From Candidatus Omnitrophica bacterium UBA6253 (GTDB taxonomy: Bacteria; Omnitrophota; Gorgyraeia; Gygaellales; Profunditerraquicolaceae): DNA of 64,000 nucleotides. Made by a program: the position numbers and the translations under genes. Under the pieces are notes generated by a model. That model searched no databases and had not been told where the DNA came from. It saw nothing but the letters and a program-made list of their open reading frames with translations. Each line of letters opens with the position of its first letter. Within the stretch, counting starts at the first letter, position 1. Of this stretch, positions 9,939-20,312 are shown one piece after another. The stretch lies in contig DJVP01000008.1 in assembly GCA_002441245.1 (NCBI GenBank), forward strand, positions 170,540 through 234,539, written 5' to 3'.

Positions 9939-11189
9939 ATGCGAAGTATATTTATACATCCTTTTAAAAGAACTTTTTCCAGGTATCTGGACACTCTGGG
10001 TGTTCTAGACGGTTCTTTTGCTTACAAGGGGCCTGGTTCTGTCCAAATAGACCTGACAAATAACTGCAATAATAATTGCATAGGATGTTGGTGTAATTCC
10101 CCTCTTTTGGGTGAAAAAGAGATTTCACCCGACGTAAAAAATCAAACTCTTCCCTATGGGCGGGTGATCGCCCTGATAGATGAATTATATCGTATGGGCA
10201 CGCGCCATATCTATTATGCCGGAGGAGGGGAGCCTTTTATGCACCCGCAGATTATGGAAATAATCAGACACACTAAGAAGCGGGGATTAGAATGCTATAT
10301 TAACACAAATTTTACCTTGATTGATGAAAAGAGGGCCAAGAAGCTCGCGGAAGAAGGAGTAGATTCGTTGACCGTGAGTATTTGGGCCGGAACTGCCGGC
10401 ATGTATGCCTTGACACACCCCAGCAAAAACGAAGGGACTTTCCTGAAGATTAAAGAGACGCTGCAGTATCTTAATGCGGTCAAGAAAAAGCATCCTTTCG
10501 TAAAGATTTATAATGTCATCTTTAATAAGAATTATCATGAGTTAAGGACTATGGTTGAATTTGCATTAAATACTCGTGCGGAAGCCGTGGAATTTACCGT
10601 AATCGATACGATTCCGGGAAAGACAGATTCTTTGCTTTTAAATAATTCGGAAAAACAGGCTTTGCTTGAAAGTTGCTTCGGGATAAATAAGCAATATGAG
10701 AATAATGGACTGGCGGATAAGATAAAGCTGCTTAATTTTGAGCAATTCATGCGCAGGATTTCAAGCAGTGGCTCAAAATCCGCGGAGTATGACTCGGATG
10801 TCATTGGCAAAATCCCCTGTTATGCCGGGTGGGCTTTTGTCAGGATATTAGCGGATGGCAATGTTAATTCCTGCTTAAAATCCCACAGATTTCCGGTAGG
10901 CAATATTTTTAAGGAAGACTTTGGATCTATATGGAATAATAGCCTGCAGAGGCTGTTTAGGGAGAAAACATTTAAGATGGATAAAGATGATCCTTTTTTT
11001 TCCCTGATTGGCAATGATCCTGATTCTAGAATGGGGTGCTTTAAGAGCTGTGATAATATGGGGCATAATATGGACCTGCATGGCAGGTTTGTTTCTTTGA
11101 GCCCGGTAGAGCACAGGATATTAACCGGTATTAGTGGCATGGTAAAACGGGCGCGAGGAACAAAACTTAAGCAGGAAAGGAGCAACTAA
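9939..11189 (+). CDS. radical SAM protein with C-terminal auxiliary Cys cluster region
   Basis: 416 aa. CNNNCIGCW triad, GGGEPF motif, C-terminal cysteines (CYAGW, NSC, CFKSCDN). Core related to the 5404 and 33568 genes. Confidence 0.75.
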   Translation: MRSIFIHPFKRTFSRYLDTLGVLDGSFAYKGPGSVQIDLTNNCNNNCIGCWCNSPLLGEKEISPDVKNQTLPYGRVIALIDELYRMGTRHIYYAGGGEPFMHPQIMEIIRHTKKRGLECYINTNFTLIDEKRAKKLAEEGVDSLTVSIWAGTAGMYALTHPSKNEGTFLKIKETLQYLNAVKKKHPFVKIYNVIFNKNYHELRTMVEFALNTRAEAVEFTVIDTIPGKTDSLLLNNSEKQALLESCFGINKQYENNGLADKIKLLNFEQFMRRISSSGSKSAEYDSDVIGKIPCYAGWAFVRILADGNVNSCLKSHRFPVGNIFKEDFGSIWNNSLQRLFREKTFKMDKDDPFFSLIGNDPDSRMGCFKSCDNMGHNMDLHGRFVSLSPVEHRILTGISGMVKRARGTKLKQERSN

Positions 11190-11310
11190 TGGTGTCAACA
11201 AATTGGCAGAAATTTATAACATGCTGTAAAAACGGCGGATTATTTTATGCCTTCTATAAGGGTTTTAAATATTTAGCATGGCGTAATCAGTGCGCGCGTA
11301 AAAAGATTGA

Positions 11311-12432
11311 TTGGAGGCAATTCAGCAGATAGCTAGTTTTGTTGAATTTTATATGCGTTCATTACAATATATCAAAGAGATTGGAAGTATTGTAAGGGGA
11401 GAAGTAAGGGCGTTATTCCCTGTATTCTCTAGGCCTGCCTGTATGCCTCCTGATTTTGTTTGTATTGGTATTACAGACGCCTGCATGCTTAGATGTAAGA
11501 TGTGCCAGAAATGGAAAGAAGATATTTTTATAAAAGACAAAACAGGTGAGCCTGCAGTTGAAGATTGGAAGCGTGCTATTTCTTCGTTGCATAAGCTTAC
11601 TGTTAAACCATTGCAAATAAATTTCGGCGGAGGAGAACCGCTTTTAAAAAAAGAGATCTTTGAGTTGGTCAGTTTTTGCAAACAAAACGGGTTAAAAACT
11701 AATATTGCTACCAATGGCTATCTTATAAACAAGGAAATGGCTAAACAAATAGCTGATTCCGGTTTGGATAGTATTATTATTTCTCTGGATAGCCTTTGCG
11801 AAGATACCCATGATTACTTGCGGGGTAAAAACGGCACATACAGGCAGGTGATGAATGCTTTGGAGTTGCTTGATAAATCCTGCGAAGGGCTTTATAAGGG
11901 TTTATGTTGTGTTATTTATCAGAAAAATATGGAAGATGTTTTAGGATTAGAGGCTTGGGCAGAAAAGGATCAGCGGATTAACTCGGTCTATTTTATGGCA
12001 GCTATGCAGCCTAATAACACAGCGCCCGATATGCGCTGGTATGAAAAAGAAGAATTCCAGGCACTCTGGCCAAAAGACCCTGTCCGGGTAGGTGCGATTA
12101 TCGATGAACTTATAAAAATAAAAAGAGGCAGGTCGAAGATCACCAACCAGATATCTCAGCTGGAGGCGTTTAAGCATTACTATAAGCAACCTGACCGCTT
12201 TGTTAAGAGTTCCCAATGTAATATGGGTGCGGCGCTGCATTTTAGCTCTTCGGGGGATATTTTTCTCTGTTACCGGTGGCAAGTTTTAGGTAATGTAAAA
12301 ACCGATGACGTTGCCTCTGTCTGGAATTCCCGCTTGGCCAAAGAAGCGCGGTTTGATATAGCAGCCTGTAAGGATAACTGTCATTTTTTGCTTAATTGTT
12401 TTTTTAAAGAAGGATACTCTTTTAAAATATAA
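11311..12432 (+). CDS. radical SAM/SPASM-type protein, tandem paralog 1 of 11
   Basis: CMLRCKMCQKW triad, FGGGEPLL, SLDS, C-terminal NCHFLLNCFF. Start uncertain: TTG at 11311, or ATG at 11353. Confidence 0.8.
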   Translation: MEAIQQIASFVEFYMRSLQYIKEIGSIVRGEVRALFPVFSRPACMPPDFVCIGITDACMLRCKMCQKWKEDIFIKDKTGEPAVEDWKRAISSLHKLTVKPLQINFGGGEPLLKKEIFELVSFCKQNGLKTNIATNGYLINKEMAKQIADSGLDSIIISLDSLCEDTHDYLRGKNGTYRQVMNALELLDKSCEGLYKGLCCVIYQKNMEDVLGLEAWAEKDQRINSVYFMAAMQPNNTAPDMRWYEKEEFQALWPKDPVRVGAIIDELIKIKRGRSKITNQISQLEAFKHYYKQPDRFVKSSQCNMGAALHFSSSGDIFLCYRWQVLGNVKTDDVASVWNSRLAKEARFDIAACKDNCHFLLNCFFKEGYSFKI

Positions 12433-12471
12433 CCGGGACGGATGCGCTATTAGGATAAGAAAGGAATCATT

Positions 12472-13518
12472 ATGCAAAGCAGCTTAGATAAAAGATTTGA
12501 TTTAAAGAATAATCCTGGTTTTTTAAAGCCAGGTTTCTGTTGTATCGGCATTGTTGATACCTGCATGTTAGAGTGTAAGATGTGCCAGAAATGGAAGGAT
12601 GATCCTGGCACAAAGGGCATTTCTCAACCGACAACAGATCAATGGAAGATTTTTATCAGCCAATTGCGTGATTTGGTAGATGAGGGTTTTGAAATTGATT
12701 TTGGCGGCGGAGAAGCATTAATGAGACCGGATCTTTTAGAGCTGGTCTCTTATGCAAAGGGTCTGGGGTTTAGAAACGCGATAGCTTCCAATGGCTACCT
12801 GATTAATGACGAGATGGCCAAAAGGATAGTAGATTCTGGTTTAGACAGCATAGTTTTATCTCTGGATAGTTTAAAACCTGAAATTCATGATAGTATGCGT
12901 GGCAAAAAAGGCGTTACCGAAAGGGTTTTTAAGGCCATTGAATACCTAAGAAAATATTCAAAAGATATACACATAGGGATATGCACAATAATTATGGAGC
13001 AAAGCTTGGACGGTATTATTGATTTGGCGGAATGGGTAAATACAAATAGGGATAAGATGAATTCTATTTTGTTTATGGCTCCCATGCAACAGAATAATAC
13101 ACCTTGCGATCTGGAATGGTTTAAGAAAGCTGAATATAATTTTATCTGGCCAAAAAACAGTAAAAAGGTTCAGGATGTCCTTGATGAACTAATCAGGCGC
13201 AGAAAACTGGGCCACTGGATAGGTGATTCTATCCCGCAGTTAGAGGCCTTTAAATTATATTTTCAGAATCCCGCTAAATTCGTAAAAAATAACCCGTGTA
13301 ATTTAGATAGAGCCGTGCATGCCAGTTCAATTGGAGATATATATTTATGCTACCGCTATGGCGTGCTTGGCAATATTAAGAATGGAGATGATCTCAGGCA
13401 GATATGGAACTCGCAGGTGGCCAGTAAAGTCAGAGGCGAAGTAAGGCAGTGCGATGATAATTGTCATTTTCTACTCAACTGTTTTTTTGAGGGTGATTAC
13501 CCTTTTGGCGTGAAATAA
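12472..13518 (+). CDS. radical SAM/SPASM-type protein, tandem paralog 2
   Basis: CMLECKMCQKW, FGGGEAL, NCHFLLNCFF. SD AAGGAA upstream. Shares an identical 23-nt stretch with paralog 1. Confidence 0.85.
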   Translation: MQSSLDKRFDLKNNPGFLKPGFCCIGIVDTCMLECKMCQKWKDDPGTKGISQPTTDQWKIFISQLRDLVDEGFEIDFGGGEALMRPDLLELVSYAKGLGFRNAIASNGYLINDEMAKRIVDSGLDSIVLSLDSLKPEIHDSMRGKKGVTERVFKAIEYLRKYSKDIHIGICTIIMEQSLDGIIDLAEWVNTNRDKMNSILFMAPMQQNNTPCDLEWFKKAEYNFIWPKNSKKVQDVLDELIRRRKLGHWIGDSIPQLEAFKLYFQNPAKFVKNNPCNLDRAVHASSIGDIYLCYRYGVLGNIKNGDDLRQIWNSQVASKVRGEVRQCDDNCHFLLNCFFEGDYPFGVK

Positions 13519-14522
13519 TGAAGGTAAAAGGGATAAGACATAAGCTTACTGTAGCAATATTGAGCGTAATTTTATTTTTTGGCACATTTGAAGTCGCGCT
13601 AAGAATTATTAAATTCCACGTAAACCAGACAAACCAGTATTTTAAATTTGCAAGTTTTTATTTTGTTCCCGATAAATCTGTACCTATAGAGCTTAAAGAC
13701 CCTTACTTATTCTGGAGTAATTATAAACATGAATATTTTCGAGGGCGGCATCATCCTTTAGTAAAACCAAAAGATACCTTTAGAATTATTTGTATGGGGG
13801 ATTCGATTACTCAGGGTTGGGCACCATATAATATTAAGTTTAACGAGACTTATCCTTATATGTTAGAAGAATTATTCCATAGTAACAAGATGAATAATCT
13901 TGAGGTTATAAATGCGGGAACCGGTGGGTATACTTCTTTTCAAGGATTGCGTTTTTTAAAGAGGGATTTATTAAATTACGATCCGGATTTATTAATTATA
14001 TGGTTTGGCATAAATGATGCAGACAATGCTATTTTATTTATCGATAAAGAACAGAAGATGTGCAATAAAACAATTAAAAGATTGGATGCTTTCTTAAGCC
14101 ACAGTAAATTTTATCAGCTTTATCAGCAGGTACTGTTTCGTCTTGCCTCTTGCAGGTGGTTTGATAAAAAAAGGGTTTCTGGGGAAGACTATTGTAATAA
14201 TCTGAGGGAGATGGCAAATCTAGCCAAGAAAAATAATATTACTCCGGTTTTTATTATTCCTTTCCTGAGATTCGGTTCCGAGGTGTTGTCGTATAAAGAA
14301 ATGAAAGATTACAAGAAATATGCAGAGATCTTCAATGAATTTTCAAATAAAGGTATTATAGTAGTAGATTTAAGCCTCCTTTTTAAAGGCAAGGAAGATC
14401 TTGATTCTTATTTTATTGATAGGTGCCATCTTGCCTTAAAAGGCAATAGGCTGGTATCTGAAGATATTTACGACATATTAACGGGCAGAGGAATTATAAG
14501 TAATACCAAGAAAGGATATTGA
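13518..14522 (+). CDS. SGNH/GDSL-family hydrolase (esterase/acyltransferase-like), N-terminal membrane anchor
   Basis: 334 aa. Block I ICMGDSITQGW, N-terminal TM helix. TAATGA overlap with the upstream gene. Confidence 0.7.
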   Translation: MKVKGIRHKLTVAILSVILFFGTFEVALRIIKFHVNQTNQYFKFASFYFVPDKSVPIELKDPYLFWSNYKHEYFRGRHHPLVKPKDTFRIICMGDSITQGWAPYNIKFNETYPYMLEELFHSNKMNNLEVINAGTGGYTSFQGLRFLKRDLLNYDPDLLIIWFGINDADNAILFIDKEQKMCNKTIKRLDAFLSHSKFYQLYQQVLFRLASCRWFDKKRVSGEDYCNNLREMANLAKKNNITPVFIIPFLRFGSEVLSYKEMKDYKKYAEIFNEFSNKGIIVVDLSLLFKGKEDLDSYFIDRCHLALKGNRLVSEDIYDILTGRGIISNTKKGY

Positions 14523-14523
14523 C

Positions 14524-15570
14524 ATGGTCGACCAACGGGAAGCCGATGAGAAAGTGGATATTTTGGGTAAAGCTAATATTTTAAAACCCGCATTCTGTTG
14601 CGTAGCTGCCACGGATTACTGTATGCTGCGCTGCAAAATGTGTAATAAATGGTCAGAGCCAATACCTAAACCGGAAGAGTTGCCGTCTATAGCAGAATGG
14701 AAGCGTTTTATAACCGGGTTCCGGGAGCTTGTTGATGAACAGTTTGAAATGGATTTTGGGGGAGGAGAAGCGCTTTCAATGCCCGGCATCCTTGAGATGG
14801 TCAGGCATGCAAAGGATTTGGGTTTTAAGACTACTATGGCGTCAAATGGCTATTTGATCAATAAGGAGATGGCTATTAAAATAGCTGATTCAGGCCTTGA
14901 TGCGGTCAGCCTTTCTTTGGATAGCCACCGTGCGCAGTTACACGATAAGATGCGCGGCGTAGAAGGCGTCTATCAGCGGGTAATGGAGGCCATAGATAAT
15001 ATATCAAAGTATTCAAAGCATACCCGTAAAGGGCTATGTTGTATTATTATGGATGAAAATATTGACGATATATTGCCTTTGGTGCAGCTTGCTGATAAGA
15101 ACCCTAAAATCGACTGGATATATTTTATGGTTGTGGTCCAACCCAATTACAGTGGTCCGTTAACCGATGATTGGCGGGATGAATATAAATATCTTTGGCC
15201 CAAGGATAAGGTAAAAACAATTGCCTTGCTTGATGAATTGATCCGGCTAAAGCAAAGTAATTCAAAGGTGAGCAACAGGGTAGAACATCTGAGGGCTTAT
15301 AAAGCCTATTTTAATAATCCGCAAAAACTGGTCAATAAAGCGCGTTGTATTGTTGGTGGCAGGGCGATCAGTATAAACTCTTATGGATTTGTGCAACTGT
15401 GCCTTTTTAAAGATTTTATTGGTAACATCCGGAAACAGGATATCCGGGATATCTGGCGCTCTCAGGATGCAGAGGTGATCAGAAAGCAGGTGGATCAGTG
15501 TAAAACCAATTGTCATTTACTTCTTAACTGTTGCTACATAGAGGATGAACCATCGCTTTATTCTTCATAA
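14524..15570 (+). CDS. radical SAM/SPASM-type protein, tandem paralog 3
   Basis: CMLRCKMCNKW, FGGGEAL, NCHLLLNCCY. Confidence 0.85.
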   Translation: MVDQREADEKVDILGKANILKPAFCCVAATDYCMLRCKMCNKWSEPIPKPEELPSIAEWKRFITGFRELVDEQFEMDFGGGEALSMPGILEMVRHAKDLGFKTTMASNGYLINKEMAIKIADSGLDAVSLSLDSHRAQLHDKMRGVEGVYQRVMEAIDNISKYSKHTRKGLCCIIMDENIDDILPLVQLADKNPKIDWIYFMVVVQPNYSGPLTDDWRDEYKYLWPKDKVKTIALLDELIRLKQSNSKVSNRVEHLRAYKAYFNNPQKLVNKARCIVGGRAISINSYGFVQLCLFKDFIGNIRKQDIRDIWRSQDAEVIRKQVDQCKTNCHLLLNCCYIEDEPSLYSS

Positions 15571-15579
15571 CCAACCATT

Positions 15580-16587
15580 ATGGATAAAGGCCGATTTTTA
15601 GAAAAACCGCGTTACTGTTGTTGGGTGCTTAATTATCGCTGCATGTTCCGGTGTAAAACCTGTTATATCTGGAATGTTAAAGATAATAAGGGTGAGGAGA
15701 CGTCTTTAGAGCAAAAAAAACAGTTTGTAAAATCTTTACGAGGATTTGTTGGGCCGGATTTCGAATTCCACTTATCGGGTGGAGAGCCCTTGTTGACCGA
15801 GGGCATAATTGAATTGATTGATTTTATTTCCTCTGAAGGGTATAAAACTAACCTGGTTACAAATGGTTTTCTTGTCAATGATGCCATGGCCAGGTCAATT
15901 GTTTCCAGCGGGCTGGGAACAATTACTTTTTCGCTTGATGGCAGGAAAGCCTCTACGCATGATTTCCTGCGCGGTGTTGATGGCAGTTATGAAAAAATAA
16001 TGCAGGCGATCGGCTATATAGACAAATGCCGTAAAAATCGGAAACCCGCCATATCCATACTTACAATTATTATGGAGCGCAATCTTAAAGAATTGTTGGA
16101 TTTGGCTGAATGGGCTAATAATGACAAGCGGCTGGAGATGATAAGTTTTCAGGCGATTACCCAGCCGTTTTGTGAGGCCACGAACAGCGATTGGTTTTTT
16201 GAAGAGAAAAACAACTTTCTTTGGCCTCAGGACGCTGCCTCAGCCGTGGCACTTATGGAGAAGTTGCGCGACTTTAAGCTTAAGGGTTATAAAATAGGCA
16301 ATCATCCCAATCACTTCTTGCATTTTAAGGGATATTTCGAGAATCCGCAGCAATTCTTAAAAAAGATAAAATGTAATCTCGGAGATTATGAGTTCCATAT
16401 AGATCCTTATGGCAAGGAATTTTTCTGTTGTTTTATGGAGCCATTCGGTAATATTAAAACCGGGAATCTGCCTGAAATTTGGCATTCTCCAGCAACTCAA
16501 GGTATACGAGAAAACGTGTATTATTGTAAGAAAAATTGCCATATTATGGTTAATTGTTTCTATGAAGATGAAAAAAGTACTACGTAA
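15580..16587 (+). CDS. radical SAM/SPASM-type protein, tandem paralog 4
   Basis: CMFRCKTCYIW, SGGEPLL, NCHIMVNCFY. Confidence 0.85.
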   Translation: MDKGRFLEKPRYCCWVLNYRCMFRCKTCYIWNVKDNKGEETSLEQKKQFVKSLRGFVGPDFEFHLSGGEPLLTEGIIELIDFISSEGYKTNLVTNGFLVNDAMARSIVSSGLGTITFSLDGRKASTHDFLRGVDGSYEKIMQAIGYIDKCRKNRKPAISILTIIMERNLKELLDLAEWANNDKRLEMISFQAITQPFCEATNSDWFFEEKNNFLWPQDAASAVALMEKLRDFKLKGYKIGNHPNHFLHFKGYFENPQQFLKKIKCNLGDYEFHIDPYGKEFFCCFMEPFGNIKTGNLPEIWHSPATQGIRENVYYCKKNCHIMVNCFYEDEKSTT

Positions 16588-17884
16588 CTTGATATTCATA
16601 TCCTTACCAAGCATTTTTATTTTTTTGCTTATATTTGAACTCTTTTTGAGAGTAGGCGGTTGGGTATATCTTTGGCAGCGCCATCCGGAAACGTATAAGA
16701 AGGCAATGAGTTACGGGCAACAAAATAAATTCACTATTTTATGTTTAGGTGATTCGTTTACCGAAGGAGCCGGCACGGACAGAAACAATAGCTATCCTAA
16801 GCAGTTGGAGAAAATATTACTTAAAAATATAACCGGAGTAAATATAAATATAATTAATGGAGGGCGAGGAGGGAATAGTTCGTCCTTACTTTTAAAGTAT
16901 TTGCCGGTCGACCTGCTCCGGTATAACCCTGACATCGTATTAATAATGATAGGTTGTAACAATGTATGGAATTTTCAAGACAGCAGCTATTTTATTATAA
17001 ATAAGAAAGGAGGATATTTAATTCAGAATTTAGATAGTTTATTAACTAATCTGCGCACGTATAAAATGTTAAAGTTAGCCTACTTTAATACTAAAGCTTT
17101 TTTAAACACCGGGCTTAAGAAATCCCATGAAGATTATAATGAATTTTATGAATTTGCAGAAGCTGTTGATAGTATGAATGCAGATAAAAGATCAAAAGCA
17201 CTTACTAAATCTGCTGTCGCCAGTAGCCAGGATGGTAATTTTGATCTGGCCTTAAATCAATTGCAAGATGCGCTGGCTATCGATGGAAACAACTATATTG
17301 CTCATATTTGTATGGGGAATCTGTGGACAGGAAAAAAGGAGTTTGAATTAGCAAGGGCATCAAGGTTGCAGGCAATCCATATGATCCATAGATGGAATCA
17401 ATTTTTGGTTACAAGTATGATTGCGCAAATTGACCGTGAAACAGAAATGGATATGGTTAACAAAAAAGAGGTATTAGACGAGTTGGCAGTAATAAAAAAA
17501 GCGGTAGAGGTTTCTCATAAAACCAATACCGGGGATAACGCTATTGCATTAATAGAAGCAAAAATTAATTCGATAAAAGACAGATCTGTTATTCAGAAAA
17601 TTATAGAGTATGATTTAAGCCGGGCAATAAAGATAGCCAGGAATAGCGGGGCGCAAGTTGTTTTAGAAACCTATCCTTTCCGGAGTTTTATAAATATTTT
17701 CCGTGAGATAAGCGAAAGGTTCAGCGTTCCCTTAGTGGATAACTATGCAGTATTTAAGAAAGAGCAATTGTCGCAGTATCTTTTTGTTCCGGATGGACAT
17801 TGTAACGCGAAAGGTTACGGAATAATAGCCGAAAACACATATAAGACATTAATTAAATATAACCTTTTGCCCGGCAATAGATAA
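16562..17884 (+). CDS. SGNH/GDSL-family hydrolase with TPR-like helical insert
   Basis: LCLGDSFTEGAG block I after an N-terminal TM helix. TPR-like helices in the middle (ALNQLQDALAIDGNNYIAHICMGNLW). Start placed at the ATG for MKMKKVL. The ORF-track start at 16409 would overlap the upstream gene. Confidence 0.65.
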   Translation: MKMKKVLRNLIFISLPSIFIFLLIFELFLRVGGWVYLWQRHPETYKKAMSYGQQNKFTILCLGDSFTEGAGTDRNNSYPKQLEKILLKNITGVNINIINGGRGGNSSSLLLKYLPVDLLRYNPDIVLIMIGCNNVWNFQDSSYFIINKKGGYLIQNLDSLLTNLRTYKMLKLAYFNTKAFLNTGLKKSHEDYNEFYEFAEAVDSMNADKRSKALTKSAVASSQDGNFDLALNQLQDALAIDGNNYIAHICMGNLWTGKKEFELARASRLQAIHMIHRWNQFLVTSMIAQIDRETEMDMVNKKEVLDELAVIKKAVEVSHKTNTGDNAIALIEAKINSIKDRSVIQKIIEYDLSRAIKIARNSGAQVVLETYPFRSFINIFREISERFSVPLVDNYAVFKKEQLSQYLFVPDGHCNAKGYGIIAENTYKTLIKYNLLPGNR

Positions 17885-17901
17885 TTAATTTGCGATTTTA
17901 C

Positions 17902-19179
17902 ATGAACATAAAGAAAACACTGCACAGAATAATATTTATATCTATACCGAGCATTTTGGTTACGCTTGTCGTTCTTGAAATAGGTTTGAGATCAGCGGGG
18001 AATTTGTATTGCAGTAATTATATTGGATCCGTACCGGGCAATCTCAAGGAAAATAAGCTCAGCATACTTTGTCTCGGAGATTCATTTACAGTCGGGGCGG
18101 GGGCATCGACCAGGAATAGTTATCCAAGGCAGTTAGAGCGTTTATTGCGCGAGAATATAGGCAGGGATATAAAAGTGATCAACGCCGGACGCATGGGGAA
18201 CACCTCATCCTTGCTCTTAAAAAATTTTGAGAAAGATATCGCCTTATACAGACCGAAGATAGTAATAGTAATGATAGGATGTAACAACTCCTGGAATTTT
18301 GAGGATAGCAGTTATTTCAAGTTATACAAAGAAAAAGTAGGGTGTTTTGAGAAAATAGATGGAATATTGAGTCGCCTAAGAATATACAAACTGATAAAAA
18401 TAGGTTACCTTGGTTTTAAAAATAGTAAAATTAAAGAACCGGGGATAGTCCGGGATAATATTAGTAATGAATCTTTAAGGCTGTCAGCGCTTGGAGCTGA
18501 GTTATTTATGGAAGGCAGGTTTGATCCGGCCGAGGATAAGCTTAAGGAGGCGTTGATATCGGATAAAAATAATTATATTGCTCATTTGTGGTTGGCGCAT
18601 ATATATAACGCCCGGTCAGAATTTAAGGAAGGCAGGGAAGAATTGTGGAAGGCAATCAGGACTATAGGCGAATGGAACGACGAATTAATTTATGACGTGA
18701 TCTGCCGTATTCCCGAGCAAAATGATTTCAGGATTATTGAAAAAGAGTTGAGCGAAATTAAGCGATATATTGAAGCTAGGTATTCTAAAGATAGTGGTAA
18801 GAGAGCGAGCCTGGTAAGATTAATAGATGCGAAGCTGGATTTCTCAGAAGATAAGCAAATACCTCGGAGGGTATTAGAATATGATTTGGGGCAGATAGTC
18901 AGTCTTGCCAAAAGTAAAGGAATCATCCTTATTTTGCAAACATATCCTCATGATGGGTCATCGCTATATAATGTTTGCCAAAGAATAAGCGGTTTATTCA
19001 ATATGCCACTGGTAGATAATTTTTCTGCATTTAAGGAAATAGAGAAAAACAGTAACATAAATGATTTTTTTGCACCTGATAAGCATTGCAACGATAACGG
19101 CTATAGAATAATAGCTGAAAATACTTATGACACATTATGCGCTCGCAATCTTCTCTCGAATGTAGAGAGGCCTAATTAA
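17902..19179 (+). CDS. SGNH/GDSL-family hydrolase with TPR-like insert (paralog of the 16562 gene)
   Basis: LCLGDSFTVGAG, same architecture as the 16562 gene. Start placed at the ATG for MNIKK; a TTG at 17890 is the alternative. Confidence 0.65.
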   Translation: MNIKKTLHRIIFISIPSILVTLVVLEIGLRSAGNLYCSNYIGSVPGNLKENKLSILCLGDSFTVGAGASTRNSYPRQLERLLRENIGRDIKVINAGRMGNTSSLLLKNFEKDIALYRPKIVIVMIGCNNSWNFEDSSYFKLYKEKVGCFEKIDGILSRLRIYKLIKIGYLGFKNSKIKEPGIVRDNISNESLRLSALGAELFMEGRFDPAEDKLKEALISDKNNYIAHLWLAHIYNARSEFKEGREELWKAIRTIGEWNDELIYDVICRIPEQNDFRIIEKELSEIKRYIEARYSKDSGKRASLVRLIDAKLDFSEDKQIPRRVLEYDLGQIVSLAKSKGIILILQTYPHDGSSLYNVCQRISGLFNMPLVDNFSAFKEIEKNSNINDFFAPDKHCNDNGYRIIAENTYDTLCARNLLSNVERPN

Positions 19180-19250
19180 GGTGGAATAAGCAGTATATTA
19201 TATCCGATTATTTTTATGCAGCTGGTTTTGTAATACGGGAGGAGGATAGG

Positions 19251-20249
19251 ATGTTACAGGGGGCTGATATTGAAAAAAACAAGATAAAGCTAAGTTATAT
19301 CCATGTGGTTTTAACTGTTAATTGTGTATTGCGTTGCAAGATGTGTTTTAATTGGAAGAATAATGAACAAAATGAGATTGAAAGCGAGCATATAAAAGCG
19401 GCAATAATAGCTTTATATGAAAATAACCTTCTTGTGAACGATATGGTAACAATAAATTTCGGGGGCGCCGAAGCGCTTCTAAGGAAGGATACCTTTGATT
19501 TAATTAAAGTTGCTGCGGAAAGAAATTTAAGCACGGCTTTGTGTACAAGCGGCTATTTGTATAACGCGGAGGTATCCAAGAAAATTATAGATTCAGGATT
19601 AAAATGTATCGCCTTGCCTTTGGATAGTTCAGACCCAAAGAAACATAATTATTTAAGAGGGGTTGATGGGGTATTTGAGAAGGCCATGCAGATAATACAA
19701 GAGCATCCTGGTAAAGTGGCTTTAACCTGTACTATTTCCGAGTATAATATTGATGAGGTTTGTAAAATAGCTGAGTGGGTTGAATCTAACGATAATATTG
19801 CGCATCTGGGGTTTCAGGCGATAGTCAGCCCTTTAGGCATAAATTGGGAAGGTGCGCCGAGGAGGGAATGGATTAACCGTTCGGAATTTACTCATCTGTG
19901 GCCTAAGGACATGAAAAAAGTCAAAAACAATATAGATAAGTTGATAAAAATCCGCAATAAATCAAGAAAAATATATACTACTGAAAAACATCTGAATTTC
20001 TTTAAGGGCTATTTTGAAGATCCCTTTAAAATATGCAGAAATGCTAAGTGCAGAGTAGGAGATAATGCGGTTACAATCATGAATAAAGGGGATGTCGTAT
20101 TCTGCCATGATAATGAGCCCCTTGGGAATATCAGAACGGAAGGGATAATCGATATTTTATCCGGCCCAAAAGTCGCTCAAGTAAAGCGAAAGATGCTGGA
20201 TTGCACACAGGTCTGTGAGTTTTTTGTAAATTGTTTCTTTGAGGAATAG
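19251..20249 (+). CDS. radical SAM/SPASM-type protein, tandem paralog 5
   Basis: CVLRCKMCFNW, FGGAEALL, CEFFVNCFF. Confidence 0.8.
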   Translation: MLQGADIEKNKIKLSYIHVVLTVNCVLRCKMCFNWKNNEQNEIESEHIKAAIIALYENNLLVNDMVTINFGGAEALLRKDTFDLIKVAAERNLSTALCTSGYLYNAEVSKKIIDSGLKCIALPLDSSDPKKHNYLRGVDGVFEKAMQIIQEHPGKVALTCTISEYNIDEVCKIAEWVESNDNIAHLGFQAIVSPLGINWEGAPRREWINRSEFTHLWPKDMKKVKNNIDKLIKIRNKSRKIYTTEKHLNFFKGYFEDPFKICRNAKCRVGDNAVTIMNKGDVVFCHDNEPLGNIRTEGIIDILSGPKVAQVKRKMLDCTQVCEFFVNCFFEE

Positions 20250-20312
20250 TCATCCAGGGTTTAATTAATATGGGATTTTATATGCATGATATTTATAACT
20301 TGAGAGGATGGA

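Noticed and set aside
11190-11310. Possible RiPP precursor peptide in the largest gap of the rSAM array
   Set aside because: Only tiny ORFs (under 10 codons) are present. No leader-core-like peptide is found.
16409-16561. ORF-track N-terminal extension of the SGNH gene (start 16409)
   Set aside because: It overlaps the 3' end of rSAM paralog 4 by about 180 nt in another frame. The internal ATG (MKMKKVL) gives an N-terminus consistent with the paralog at 17902.
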